Sequence record: ON075799
Origin: Escherichia phage vB_EcoM_TH18
Strand: one strand, 5' to 3'
Length of the DNA: 64,000 bases
In this document: piece by piece, positions 37,012 through 46,632 of the stretch
How the letters are laid out: every line of letters starts with the position of its first letter
How positions within the stretch are numbered: the first letter of the stretch is position 1
The notes under the pieces: model-generated
Databases searched by the model: none
What the model saw: the letters and a program-made list of their open reading frames with translations, nothing else
What the model was told of the DNA's origin: nothing
Program-made: the position numbers and the translations under genes

Positions 37012-37596
37012 TTAATCAACAGATGGTCTTAGAGGCCACTCTATGTTTGGGGCATCCTCTGTTTTAATGCTTAGTATTTCACAACGATACATCTTCAGTT
37101 TCTTAAGCGTGTCCTCCATGTGTTTCGGTAGTTTTTTACCTGTTACCTGTTCATAGTCCCCATATGTTTGGATATATTGACTTGCCCAAGCAATTTCCTT
37201 ATCCTTGCGGAGTTTTGCTTCCTGTATAGATCGAAAATAGGTATAAGCAAATTCTCCATCTTTAAATGCCACGTCACCGAGGTCATACTCAATGCCTTTA
37301 GGCAAATTTTCTACCGAAACAACGGCTATTTTCCATCCGCTGAAAGGAGTACACCCATCAAAACCTTCATAGCAAACGCAGCAAACCCTATCGTCGAGGT
37401 CCAGCGAAAGAAAGGCATATTTTCCCGGATCTATTTGGGAGTTCAATTCTTCTGCTATTTCATAATAGTCTTTCCCCGTGGATTCTTCGTAGAAAAAAGG
37501 GGCGAAAGGGTTAACTTCCAACAATCTTTTCGTGGCTCCTGTTGCATTATCAGGGAGGGGAGAATAAGGGAAAAATGGTCCAAATATTTTGTTCAT
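37012..37596 (-). CDS. hypothetical protein (possible tail fiber assembly factor)
   Basis: directly downstream of fiber gene; no motif. Confidence 0.35.
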   Translation of the reverse strand: MNKIFGPFFPYSPLPDNATGATKRLLEVNPFAPFFYEESTGKDYYEIAEELNSQIDPGKYAFLSLDLDDRVCCVCYEGFDGCTPFSGWKIAVVSVENLPKGIEYDLGDVAFKDGEFAYTYFRSIQEAKLRKDKEIAWASQYIQTYGDYEQVTGKKLPKHMEDTLKKLKMYRCEILSIKTEDAPNIEWPLRPSVD

Positions 37597-37613
37597 GCAA
37601 CTCTCCTGAATGA

Positions 37614-38708
37614 TTACACTCTACTTACGTTGTGCCAGACACCATTAACTTGTTTCTGGATGTATGCATAGTAAACCCCACCAATGTTGTCTGCTGAGTT
37701 TTTACCAACATCTTGAGGATAGATACCTGTCATAACTGCACCCGCTGGCGCTTGCCAGTTCCAAGATATTTCGTTACCACCGGGCCAGTACCATGTGTTA
37801 CCTGTTAATCTAACATCTTGAACACCACCTGTTTGGATATTGACATTGCCGTTACCATCTGCACCAACACCATTAACAGATCTTACGATATTTCTCCCAG
37901 CAACTGTAGCAGAGTTATTATTTACAATTAGTGCATTTACGTTTGCTGTCCCATTAACTCTTGCAGATGGTGTTGTTAATGAGCTTGTTGCTACAACAGT
38001 CTGACCTTGAATTTGTCCTGTAGCCGTCAAAGAGGATGTTCTTGTTGTGGTGAATGTTGCATTTGTGCCATTAACATTTGTTCCTTGTACAGTGCCTGTG
38101 GCAACAACATTTCCTGTTACTTTACACAAAGCCGCTGAGGAGCTAATAGCATTAAGCTCCATCATAGTAAACATCCCAGAGTTACCTGAAGGAGAGAATC
38201 GGAAACGTATAGAATCTACACCGTTTGTCCCTGCTGTTCCTGGATTATCTCCAAGAACAAAATCCCAGTACGTCCAGTCAGAAGCTGGATTCGTAGTTGT
38301 GATATACGCAGTATCTGTTTCAGAAGGTTGAAAATTCAATCTCGGCAATGACAAAGCTCCTGTCATTGTATCTCCCGTTACATTCACGTAACGGTTGTCG
38401 GCTTCTGATCTACTCCACACATCAAGGTTGATTCTGGATGTTTCCTTGTCAGCTAAATCAGACAGATTTTCACTTCTTCTTAAAAATCTTGTATCTAATT
38501 CAGGTATCTGATCTCCTGTAACATATTTTATCCAACTTGTCATCATATAAAGAACATAGTTAAATTCTTCACAAGCTGGTTTTTCTCCCATATCCCAACC
38601 TTTTAACCAAAGATCGTCAATAGGTCTTATTTTATTCTCCCCATGAGTATTAGGGAGAATCACATCTCCCGCTGCCCAAATCTCGATTGGTATACTTGGT
38701 ATAGCCAT
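37614..38708 (-). CDS. tail fiber protein
   Basis: 'VTGDTMTGAL' fiber motif, Thr/Gly/Asn-rich C-terminal region. Confidence 0.6.
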   Translation of the reverse strand: MAIPSIPIEIWAAGDVILPNTHGENKIRPIDDLWLKGWDMGEKPACEEFNYVLYMMTSWIKYVTGDQIPELDTRFLRRSENLSDLADKETSRINLDVWSRSEADNRYVNVTGDTMTGALSLPRLNFQPSETDTAYITTTNPASDWTYWDFVLGDNPGTAGTNGVDSIRFRFSPSGNSGMFTMMELNAISSSAALCKVTGNVVATGTVQGTNVNGTNATFTTTRTSSLTATGQIQGQTVVATSSLTTPSARVNGTANVNALIVNNNSATVAGRNIVRSVNGVGADGNGNVNIQTGGVQDVRLTGNTWYWPGGNEISWNWQAPAGAVMTGIYPQDVGKNSADNIGGVYYAYIQKQVNGVWHNVSRV

Positions 38709-38723
38709 AAAAGTATCTCCTTC

Positions 38724-40787
38724 TTAAACTTCTGGTGGGGTATCTTTTAAATACCCTTTCAATGCTGTATGCCCCATATGAAAGACTGCGGATTGAGAGT
38801 TGTGCACTGTTATAGAATCATGCATTACTTGTGGATACGCCCATATGTATTGATAAATATCTGGAAACTTAAACTCATTAAGAACAATGTTCCCTATAAT
38901 CATTTTCCAAAGATATTCTCTATAATTAGAATTAGGGTCAAATCCGTATAATGGTGCTAGCCCTTCGTCTGGAACAAATCCTGCCAGATAATGTATCTTA
39001 TCTTCTTTAAATTTTAAGACATCTCGCGGAATGGTGATGGCCTGGAATGATTTTTCCATTTTTCCTTGAAGTAACCAGTCATAGCACTCGGAGCAATAGA
39101 AATCAAAATTCTCAGGTGTATAACTACCACTAGGGAAATTTATCTTTTCCATAATACCATTACCAATAATGGATGGTAAGAACGGTAAAAGTGTTATTTT
39201 TGCATTAGGATAAGATTTTTTAAGATCAGCACCGAATTTTACCACTCGCTCTCCTAGACACTGTCTTAGAAAATCTACATACTCATCATAGGGCGTTCCG
39301 GTCTTAAAGTCATAAATTGTTCCCATGTCTTGAGCATACAATCCAGTCTCTTCATTAAAACGCGCTTTTGTAGTATAATCATACACACAAGGTAAATTTG
39401 TAGCAGTATTATACCACCACCAAGGTTCCCCTATCTGAATGATAACAACCTGGTTAACTTGTTCGCATGTGGCTGCTATTTTATTTATTACACTTTGGAT
39501 ATATTGCATACCCTCGTTAATATTAGGTGATAATACCCAACTTGGTGGTGTGTATCCTGTTTCAGCTAATGCATCATTCCAGTCGTGCTGAACCCACTCT
39601 GGAGGACAAACTGTACTCATCAACTCAAAACTAATAGAATTGATAACCTTATAACCATTTGCTCGTGTCAGTGCGAAATAGTTATTCATCCATTGTAGGG
39701 TTGCATTATTGACAGGGACATCTTTGTTCAGTTTCCATGCGGAGCTTTCCCAAGAGAACTCGTAATAATGCGACATACCATTATAGTGATTTATCATATC
39801 TCTATAACCGAGTTTTAAGCAGTTATCCACCACTCTCTCCGGTGTAAGATTATACATATCATCATAAGATGTACACATGCGTATATCATGAGCAGGAATT
39901 GTCAAATTATTAACTCTCATCATTGTATAGCCTGTATCAGGCTCTTTAAGAGTTATTTTCAACATAAGATTCTGATTTTCTTTAGGGACAATATCTTCTC
40001 CTTCTGCATACTTCTCAGATATCATAGAAAAGAAAAACTGATCCACTTGAGAGGTATCCACTGCCACGTCCACATCAGGACCAGATTTTAAATTTGAAAA
40101 ATCAAGTTTGATTGTGGCCCTTTTATAATCCTCGCTGATATCTTCAGCATAAGCGTACAGAGGGATATAATGGGTTGCCCCATCTAAAAGTTTAAGAGTT
40201 AATGTTGGGGTCAATTTCTCATTATTGAAATCAGGCATTCCGTCGCCCAACTCTATATCGAACCACAGTTTAGCGTTTCGAAGGTCTGTGTGATCTTGAA
40301 AAGAGATCCCTTTATGATCATACTTATCTTTTGTGCTCCAAATAACCCCTGCCAGACCACTGACAGTTCTATTAGTCATATAAGCTGTAAGTATATTACC
40401 ATTAGATATTATAGAGCAACTTTCTGTGGGTTGAGAATCAATTGTCCAATATTTAGGTAGAAACATTTTCTCTTCTTTTGTTCCCCATCCCAACTCAGAC
40501 ATGTCCTCCTTGGTGCTAATAACACATCTGGAAGCCAGCCTGTCTAGCCTTGCACCAAAAGACGGGTTACTCATTTTTAAAGTAAATTCCCTTGGTAATG
40601 AGTTTTTAGGATGTTGTTTTATCTCCACAGGTATTTGTACAGACTTTTCCCCTTTAGGAATTGTTGCCGTACCTACCTTGGGTGTGTAATCTCTTCCAGC
40701 AATAGCTGTGTTTGATATTGTTTCATAGTCAAAGCTAACAGCTACAGAGTCATCTTCTCTTCTGGCTGTGAAAATAGCCTCTGCCAT
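38724..40787 (-). CDS. tailspike/tail-associated protein with N-terminal Calx-beta-like domain
   Basis: 'DYETISNTAIAGRDYT...GEKSVQIPVEI' Calx-beta-like; 687 aa in fiber cluster. Confidence 0.5.
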   Translation of the reverse strand: MAEAIFTARREDDSVAVSFDYETISNTAIAGRDYTPKVGTATIPKGEKSVQIPVEIKQHPKNSLPREFTLKMSNPSFGARLDRLASRCVISTKEDMSELGWGTKEEKMFLPKYWTIDSQPTESCSIISNGNILTAYMTNRTVSGLAGVIWSTKDKYDHKGISFQDHTDLRNAKLWFDIELGDGMPDFNNEKLTPTLTLKLLDGATHYIPLYAYAEDISEDYKRATIKLDFSNLKSGPDVDVAVDTSQVDQFFFSMISEKYAEGEDIVPKENQNLMLKITLKEPDTGYTMMRVNNLTIPAHDIRMCTSYDDMYNLTPERVVDNCLKLGYRDMINHYNGMSHYYEFSWESSAWKLNKDVPVNNATLQWMNNYFALTRANGYKVINSISFELMSTVCPPEWVQHDWNDALAETGYTPPSWVLSPNINEGMQYIQSVINKIAATCEQVNQVVIIQIGEPWWWYNTATNLPCVYDYTTKARFNEETGLYAQDMGTIYDFKTGTPYDEYVDFLRQCLGERVVKFGADLKKSYPNAKITLLPFLPSIIGNGIMEKINFPSGSYTPENFDFYCSECYDWLLQGKMEKSFQAITIPRDVLKFKEDKIHYLAGFVPDEGLAPLYGFDPNSNYREYLWKMIIGNIVLNEFKFPDIYQYIWAYPQVMHDSITVHNSQSAVFHMGHTALKGYLKDTPPEV

Positions 40788-40799
40788 ATGTGGTCTCCT

Positions 40800-41477
40800 C
40801 TACTCTGTTGCATCTACAGAAATATTGTCAACATAAATAAGGATGTCATCCGATGTTCTTGGTGGATCCGGTACGTAAACTAGATGGGCTAAACCACCAT
40901 CACCAGTTCTTGATTTCTCTGTCACAGATCCGAATCCAAGTGCATGTTTGTCATTCTTAAAACCAAACGCTAAACCCACAGACTCTGTTAGTCTAAGATG
41001 CGTTGGTAACGGTAATAGGTCAAGTATCTCATCTATCGCTGCTGCTAAGTCGAAACAGCTTTTTGATACGTTTACGTCAAAGCGATAATTATCCCCTTTG
41101 TATGTTGTAAAATTTCCAGTACCAAACAGTTGATTTAATGTCTCAATAAATTCTGGTCTTGTACCGTGTCTTGCAGATCCAGCAGCCAAGATCATTATTA
41201 TTGCCCGATAAGTGGCATCATCAAGTCCATTTCTCTCAATACCAACTTGATTGCCTATCTCATCAAGATTCAGCCCTGCGGCATTCCTTAATAATCTTCC
41301 TTCTGATAGCTTTACAAGCATCTCATCAATAGCTTTCAATCTTTCAAGGTATATTGTCAGAAATTTTACAAGATTCTTTTTCTCTTTCAGAAAATCACCA
41401 GGGAGATAATCAATACCTCCCTCAACGAAATCTGGCAGTGTGTGTATATGATTTACATCTTTCAAATAGTCTGCCAT
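40800..41477 (-). CDS. baseplate protein (gpI/gp48-like position)
   Basis: gene order after J-like protein. Confidence 0.4.
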   Translation of the reverse strand: MADYLKDVNHIHTLPDFVEGGIDYLPGDFLKEKKNLVKFLTIYLERLKAIDEMLVKLSEGRLLRNAAGLNLDEIGNQVGIERNGLDDATYRAIIMILAAGSARHGTRPEFIETLNQLFGTGNFTTYKGDNYRFDVNVSKSCFDLAAAIDEILDLLPLPTHLRLTESVGLAFGFKNDKHALGFGSVTEKSRTGDGGLAHLVYVPDPPRTSDDILIYVDNISVDATE

Positions 41478-41487
41478 AATAATATCC

Positions 41488-42981
41488 TTAAAGAACTTGC
41501 TGGAAAGTTATGTCATTTAACTCCACAGCGAAAACTTCTGTCATAGTAGCAACAATATCGTTATTAGTATACGTACTGTCTGGCTCACCTTTGTTTTTGA
41601 CATCTACAAAAAGTTGAGTAAATCTACCTGATGAGATGGAAGACCCTACAGCAGAAACAAGTTGGATATTGTATAATGTATCTGCAATACTAAGTGGATC
41701 AACAACAGCTTTAAGGGAATCCCTGATCGTGTTCTGTTCTGTAAGGGATAGTAATTTACCTTTATACCTGACACGAATTTCAAGTTGCCTTACTTTTGCC
41801 TTGCTATGATAAATTCTTTCTACTTGGTCATCCTCTGTAGTCACATCATAGAATACATCCCCATAAGTGGCATTAGAGAGTGCTATAGTATTATAAAGCG
41901 CCTTACTAATATCTTCTGTAGCTCCACCATAAACTACTGTCTCAAACTTATACGCTGGGACACCGTACTCGTTTGTCACACCAGTATTGTTGGAGAAAAT
42001 TTTAACCTTACTTACACCCGGCACATTTAAAACAGCAGAAACAATCGCAGGTCGTGTTGCGGCAGCGCCTGCTGATGTAGTGTTTGAAGCCCTCAACTTA
42101 TATTCGGTATCCGTCTCAACATCTGTACCATCACTAAATGCTTCCCTGTTCGTCAAGCTAACAAAACCACTTGGTGTTGGGCTTATGTTGGTAACTGTCT
42201 CTGCTTCTCTAGATATCTCCCCAGCTTCAACAGCGATAACATCCATGGTTATTGTTCTTTGACCAAGTAGAGGTGATGTTCTAAAGTCCACAGGGGCATT
42301 AAGACCAATCATTTTCTTATTTTGATCATAACCTATAAACATACTTCCTGAAGAAGATTCGATGAAGATCTTATCTTCGTTCAGATAAGTTGTATTATCG
42401 ACTATAAACTCTTTCATAGCCATCATAAAAGAGTTTAATTCGGTGCTGTTTGGGGTTTTGTTTTTCAGAGATAGGTTCAGTGTCTTTGTTGTCCCATCAT
42501 TCTGGTTAACTATCTGAATGATGTAGTTACCAAGAACCCAATCTTGATTAGTTATCTGCTGCGCTATGATATTACCAGCAACGGCGGTATCTTCTGTTAA
42601 CACAAAATTTCCACCGTCAATACTGTATGTTGCGGCATCATAAATCATATTATACGGCACTGTGTTATTAATTACCATTTGAACAGTACCGGACCCTTTG
42701 GTTTTTCCTCTACGGAATATCCCACGACGACCAAGAATCTCGTCAAGATATATACCTTCTGCCCCTGCTAGTGTTTGTGCTGCATAAATAGATGCAGCCA
42801 AAAGAATTAATTGATATTCCCTTTCGTTGAAAATAGTAGTGATCTTATCAACAACGGAGTTAGTTTGGGTGTTAAAGTTTTCACCAAAAGCTCTAATAAG
42901 GGATTGCTTAGTATCTGTTATCAAGTCATCAAGGGACGGAATTGAAAAACCGTAGTCATTTAATCCAAATTGAGCAGCCAC
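41488..42981 (-). CDS. baseplate J-like protein
   Basis: 497 aa; GTG start with RBS GAGGAGG; position and size typical of gpJ/gp6-like wedge. Confidence 0.5.
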   Translation of the reverse strand: MAAQFGLNDYGFSIPSLDDLITDTKQSLIRAFGENFNTQTNSVVDKITTIFNEREYQLILLAASIYAAQTLAGAEGIYLDEILGRRGIFRRGKTKGSGTVQMVINNTVPYNMIYDAATYSIDGGNFVLTEDTAVAGNIIAQQITNQDWVLGNYIIQIVNQNDGTTKTLNLSLKNKTPNSTELNSFMMAMKEFIVDNTTYLNEDKIFIESSSGSMFIGYDQNKKMIGLNAPVDFRTSPLLGQRTITMDVIAVEAGEISREAETVTNISPTPSGFVSLTNREAFSDGTDVETDTEYKLRASNTTSAGAAATRPAIVSAVLNVPGVSKVKIFSNNTGVTNEYGVPAYKFETVVYGGATEDISKALYNTIALSNATYGDVFYDVTTEDDQVERIYHSKAKVRQLEIRVRYKGKLLSLTEQNTIRDSLKAVVDPLSIADTLYNIQLVSAVGSSISSGRFTQLFVDVKNKGEPDSTYTNNDIVATMTEVFAVELNDITFQQVL

Positions 42982-43063
42982 GATTATGCCTCCTCTTGTA
43001 AATTATTATAAGATGTGGTTATTTTACCACAATATGTCTTAATTATAAATAGTAAACACAAAT

Positions 43064-43083
43064 AAAGGGGCATAAGCCCCTTT
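43064..43083 (-). terminator. intrinsic terminator/attenuator
   Basis: AAAGGGGC-ATAA-GCCCCTTT then T-rich on minus strand. Confidence 0.45.
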
Positions 43084-43086
43084 CCA

Positions 43087-43614
43087 TTATTCATTAGTTG
43101 CCCACTTATTCCACCAAGTTGCGTCGCCTGTACGAGGCAAACGGAAATTGATGAGATAATAGAGTTTGTTAGCCCAAAGTATCCAGCCATCATCATCGCA
43201 AAGGATTGTTGTCCCTGCATCAGCTTCTGGATAATAATACTCATCCTGCCCTATAAAGGCAATCCTAACAACCTCTTGTTCTTTGGTTGTCACTTCAAAA
43301 TATGCTTGATAGCTTCTTGTCCCTGAGTCCATTGTGGAATGAAAATAAGTTATTTCCAAAACGTCCGGTTCCTGCCTCGTCACCTCTTTTATCTTATTAT
43401 CAAGTACAGTCTTCATAACCTTCTTGCTAATATATGTTCGATATGGAAATCCGAATGTCTCATCGAAATACCAGTCTCCTTGCCAGACATTAAACCTTAG
43501 CCACAAACGTTGACGAAGACTAACTTGGTTTGATTCTATCAGTTTAAGACCTTCTGAGACATCGAGATCCCCAGTAACAGGATCCATTAATAAATCAGAA
43601 TAGAGAGTTGCCAT
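43087..43614 (-). CDS. baseplate wedge protein (gpW/gp25-like position)
   Basis: gene order; 175 aa. Confidence 0.4.
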   Translation of the reverse strand: MATLYSDLLMDPVTGDLDVSEGLKLIESNQVSLRQRLWLRFNVWQGDWYFDETFGFPYRTYISKKVMKTVLDNKIKEVTRQEPDVLEITYFHSTMDSGTRSYQAYFEVTTKEQEVVRIAFIGQDEYYYPEADAGTTILCDDDGWILWANKLYYLINFRLPRTGDATWWNKWATNE

Positions 43615-43623
43615 TTACACTCC

Positions 43624-44325
43624 TTATTTGTTAGGGACATTTGTGTCACTTTCACCAGATGGGTCTGTCCAAACATAGTGATGTGTGTGTCTTGTAAACC
43701 AGTCGTAGAAATCATTTAGATTCACACCTCTAGCTGTCACAATATTCCCATCTGGTGTCACCTTCGCCCCATTCATCTCTATATTCCCATCGGGCTTCGC
43801 TGTCAATGTCGCAGACCCGTTGGTAAAAGACATTTTGCCATCTTTATCAACAGTAAATGTTCCCACTGGGCCTTTTAATACAAAATCCCCTTCAGGGGCA
43901 AGAGAGAAATGAACTTGATCGTTCCATAATTCCACATTGTTTGGGTCGATAACCATTGCATTCCCATCACTGTGAACACCAATGATTGACCACCCAGGAA
44001 ATAAACCGTGTGTCGTTAAGTCATTAGCATCTGACTCATTTCTCTCTGAAAAAGATAACCCGACAATATCACCTGGTTTAACAGGCAATGTAAGTCTTGC
44101 CTTACCGCCGTTTGCGCTTGGCATCGAAAGCGGCACATCGAAAACAGCAGGATATGCATCTACTGTTCCGTCATCGAAATTAGTGGATGCTAAAGGTTGT
44201 ACAGTTGCTGAGGGTATGCTATAATCAACCTCAACAACCTTCGCCCTTAATCCTGTATGGATGTCTCTAGCTTGTCTCGCAAACCACTGATTCAATGCTG
44301 CGTCCATTCTTTGAATTGCTGCCAT
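43624..44325 (-). CDS. baseplate central spike-like protein
   Basis: gene order; 233 aa with Gly/Asp-rich beta-like repeats. Confidence 0.4.
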   Translation of the reverse strand: MAAIQRMDAALNQWFARQARDIHTGLRAKVVEVDYSIPSATVQPLASTNFDDGTVDAYPAVFDVPLSMPSANGGKARLTLPVKPGDIVGLSFSERNESDANDLTTHGLFPGWSIIGVHSDGNAMVIDPNNVELWNDQVHFSLAPEGDFVLKGPVGTFTVDKDGKMSFTNGSATLTAKPDGNIEMNGAKVTPDGNIVTARGVNLNDFYDWFTRHTHHYVWTDPSGESDTNVPNK

Positions 44326-45323
44326 TATTCCTCCACAACACCACCACGGGCTTCAGCAAGGCCAATTTCGGAAATCCAATCTCCACCTTCAAGTTGCCCT
44401 TTGTGTGTCAAATATACTACTTTATAAAAACCTGTATATTTATGACTCTTCAAATAAATTGTGCTCTCAGGAATAATTGCCCCATTAAGCTCTGTGGTCA
44501 CAACCAGCCCAGCGTCCTCTTTTATTCTTGCTCTACTTGGTCTTGTATCCGTGCCAGGTTTAGGTTTCCTTTTTTTCTTTTTGCTTTCTTTCTCAAGTCT
44601 TCTTTTAGCAGGTTCTGGATTCTGTGGGGTTGGAGAATCATGCATCCCAGATTCTGCGCTTATTTCAAAAACAGCGTTCTTAAATCTTTTACCTTGGGTT
44701 GTCCAGTACACAGCGCCGTCTTGGACACTAAATGTGGAACCTGTATTTCTAGCTAATCTCTCAAGATTATTAGCAGCATTCCCTGTGAATGCCATTGATT
44801 GTTGTAGAGTCTTATTCCCGAATTTAACAACTTTTCCGATAGGTAATTTTAAATCGGAAATTAAATCATTAAGGACAGTGTCTAAAGGTGTTCCTTTTTT
44901 ATATGATCTTGCTGTTTTAGCAGTCATAATATTTGTGGTTGCATCACCAAGGATCATTTTTGTTTGGCGAGTATTTCCATCCCATTTATCCTGAACAAAC
45001 TCTACTGTCCCAGAGAATAACATTTGGTTTTCACCATCAAACCCAGCCTCCAACACTATGGCTATAGATTCTCTCTGGTTGGCATCTAAATAGCTAACTG
45101 TTTCATCACTCAAATTGTAAATTGTTACGTAACCTTTGTTAGGGTCTTTTGAGTTGTCTTTTTTAACTTCAAATTCTATATTTGCAGAACCGTACTCATT
45201 ACTTACAACATAAGCATCCTTATTATTCCGATTTGTATAATCTGAAATATTTGTCGGCTTCTCTCCAATATATACTGGTTTACCTATTGTTAGTTTGTAT
45301 GTTCTTGTTCTATAAGATGGCAT
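44325..45323 (-). CDS. baseplate hub-like protein
   Basis: gene order after tape measure; Lys-rich segment 'KESKKKKRKPKPG'. Confidence 0.4.
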   Translation of the reverse strand: MPSYRTRTYKLTIGKPVYIGEKPTNISDYTNRNNKDAYVVSNEYGSANIEFEVKKDNSKDPNKGYVTIYNLSDETVSYLDANQRESIAIVLEAGFDGENQMLFSGTVEFVQDKWDGNTRQTKMILGDATTNIMTAKTARSYKKGTPLDTVLNDLISDLKLPIGKVVKFGNKTLQQSMAFTGNAANNLERLARNTGSTFSVQDGAVYWTTQGKRFKNAVFEISAESGMHDSPTPQNPEPAKRRLEKESKKKKRKPKPGTDTRPSRARIKEDAGLVVTTELNGAIIPESTIYLKSHKYTGFYKVVYLTHKGQLEGGDWISEIGLAEARGGVVEE

Positions 45324-45328
45324 AATTA

Positions 45329-45679
45329 TTACTCCTCACCTGTTAACTCCTCATCAGGAGATGAATAAAGAAGTTGGAGATCTGCAAGAAATCCGATATT
45401 GTACCTTCCGACACGTTTTGTAGACTGTTTAAAAGAAAAGACCCTTAATTGCCCAGACGGAATATTTTCAAGATACTTGAAAGGCTCGAAGATATCAAAT
45501 ATAGTTGTCAACTTAAAAGAAATTGTTGGTGTTGCTCCAACATCACCAAAATATACCAACCAAGATTCATCTCTCTCATTCCATTGAAATCTAATCTCGT
45601 ATGTTTGGCTGTCCAAGACAACTCTCATTGTTTGATCAGCAAAACCATCTATATCCCACACAAAAGTTATTTTGGACAT
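45329..45679 (-). CDS. hypothetical tail protein
   Basis: 116-aa ORF in baseplate module. Confidence 0.4.
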   Translation of the reverse strand: MSKITFVWDIDGFADQTMRVVLDSQTYEIRFQWNERDESWLVYFGDVGATPTISFKLTTIFDIFEPFKYLENIPSGQLRVFSFKQSTKRVGRYNIGFLADLQLLYSSPDEELTGEE

Positions 45680-45701
45680 ATGTATTCTCCTGTTTGCAAA
45701 A

Positions 45702-46553
45702 TTATTTCATAGGATTACCATCCAAATCCTTCCATTGGCCTGTTGTAGGATTGTATGTACCTGCTTTGCGTAACACTGTCGCACCATCCCAATGCATATC
45801 TTTAGCCATTTGTGCATACGCATCTTTTGTCCAAGGACCATTAAAAATACTTTTATGCACCATGATATCAACTTCTTGTTGTGTAGCAGATGACTGGACA
45901 GCGCCTTTTTGTTTTGTTTTACCTGATTTTTTAGGATCTGTGTAGATAGTAGCTAAAACAGTCTTTCCTAATGTGAATGTACGGAACTCTGTGAACTCTA
46001 ATTGAAAAACTAATGCCGCACCATCTGAATTGCTACGAGATGCCTCCATTGAAGTAAGGATGTAATTATCTAAGATTCTATCCTCTGTCACAAGGGTTAC
46101 AATTTGTCGTTGATCTATGAGACGCTCAAGCACTTCCAGAGCTTTTTCTGGTCTTTTTGAGGCAGCGGGGTTCTGATTATCGGTGTCTTTATCTATATAA
46201 TTAAACTGAATAATTGAAAGTGGTGATGAGCTAACCCTCGCACTAAAAGAGAATTTCCCATCTTCTATTACACCGTGGTCACTGAACTTAACCCTATCTT
46301 CAACTGCATACGAAGTTTTATCCACAGTTCTTGTATAGGAGTGTTCTTCAACAACATCAAAAATTATAGCTAAATCATCTGTATAATTTTTATCTTTCAG
46401 TTCAATATTACGCCCACCATAATTCAAGCCACTTGCGAAAAGTGTATACTTAATGCCGGAACTTGTTTCCTGTGCACTACTCACCTTTCTTTCGACATTT
46501 GCTGTGGCTTTCCCTTGCTGTGGTTTTGACTGGTTATTGGAAACTGAAGCCAT
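45702..46553 (-). CDS. tail protein (post-tape-measure)
   Basis: 283-aa ORF directly downstream of tape measure. Confidence 0.4.
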   Translation of the reverse strand: MASVSNNQSKPQQGKATANVERKVSSAQETSSGIKYTLFASGLNYGGRNIELKDKNYTDDLAIIFDVVEEHSYTRTVDKTSYAVEDRVKFSDHGVIEDGKFSFSARVSSSPLSIIQFNYIDKDTDNQNPAASKRPEKALEVLERLIDQRQIVTLVTEDRILDNYILTSMEASRSNSDGAALVFQLEFTEFRTFTLGKTVLATIYTDPKKSGKTKQKGAVQSSATQQEVDIMVHKSIFNGPWTKDAYAQMAKDMHWDGATVLRKAGTYNPTTGQWKDLDGNPMK

Positions 46554-46610
46554 AGAAACCTCACTTGTTATTGTATGATTTTATCATAAATATTTTATTA
46601 AAACAACAAA

Positions 46611-46628
46611 AAGGGGCAAAAGCCCCTT
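46611..46628 (-). terminator. intrinsic terminator after tape measure gene
   Basis: AAGGGGC-AAAA-GCCCCTT then TTTTTGTTGTTTT on minus strand. Confidence 0.5.
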
Positions 46629-46632
46629 CAAA

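Noticed and set aside
42984-43244. 86-aa minus-strand ORF overlapping baseplate genes
   Set aside because: It overlaps 43087..43614 in another frame and spans a terminator hairpin; likely a spurious shadow ORF.
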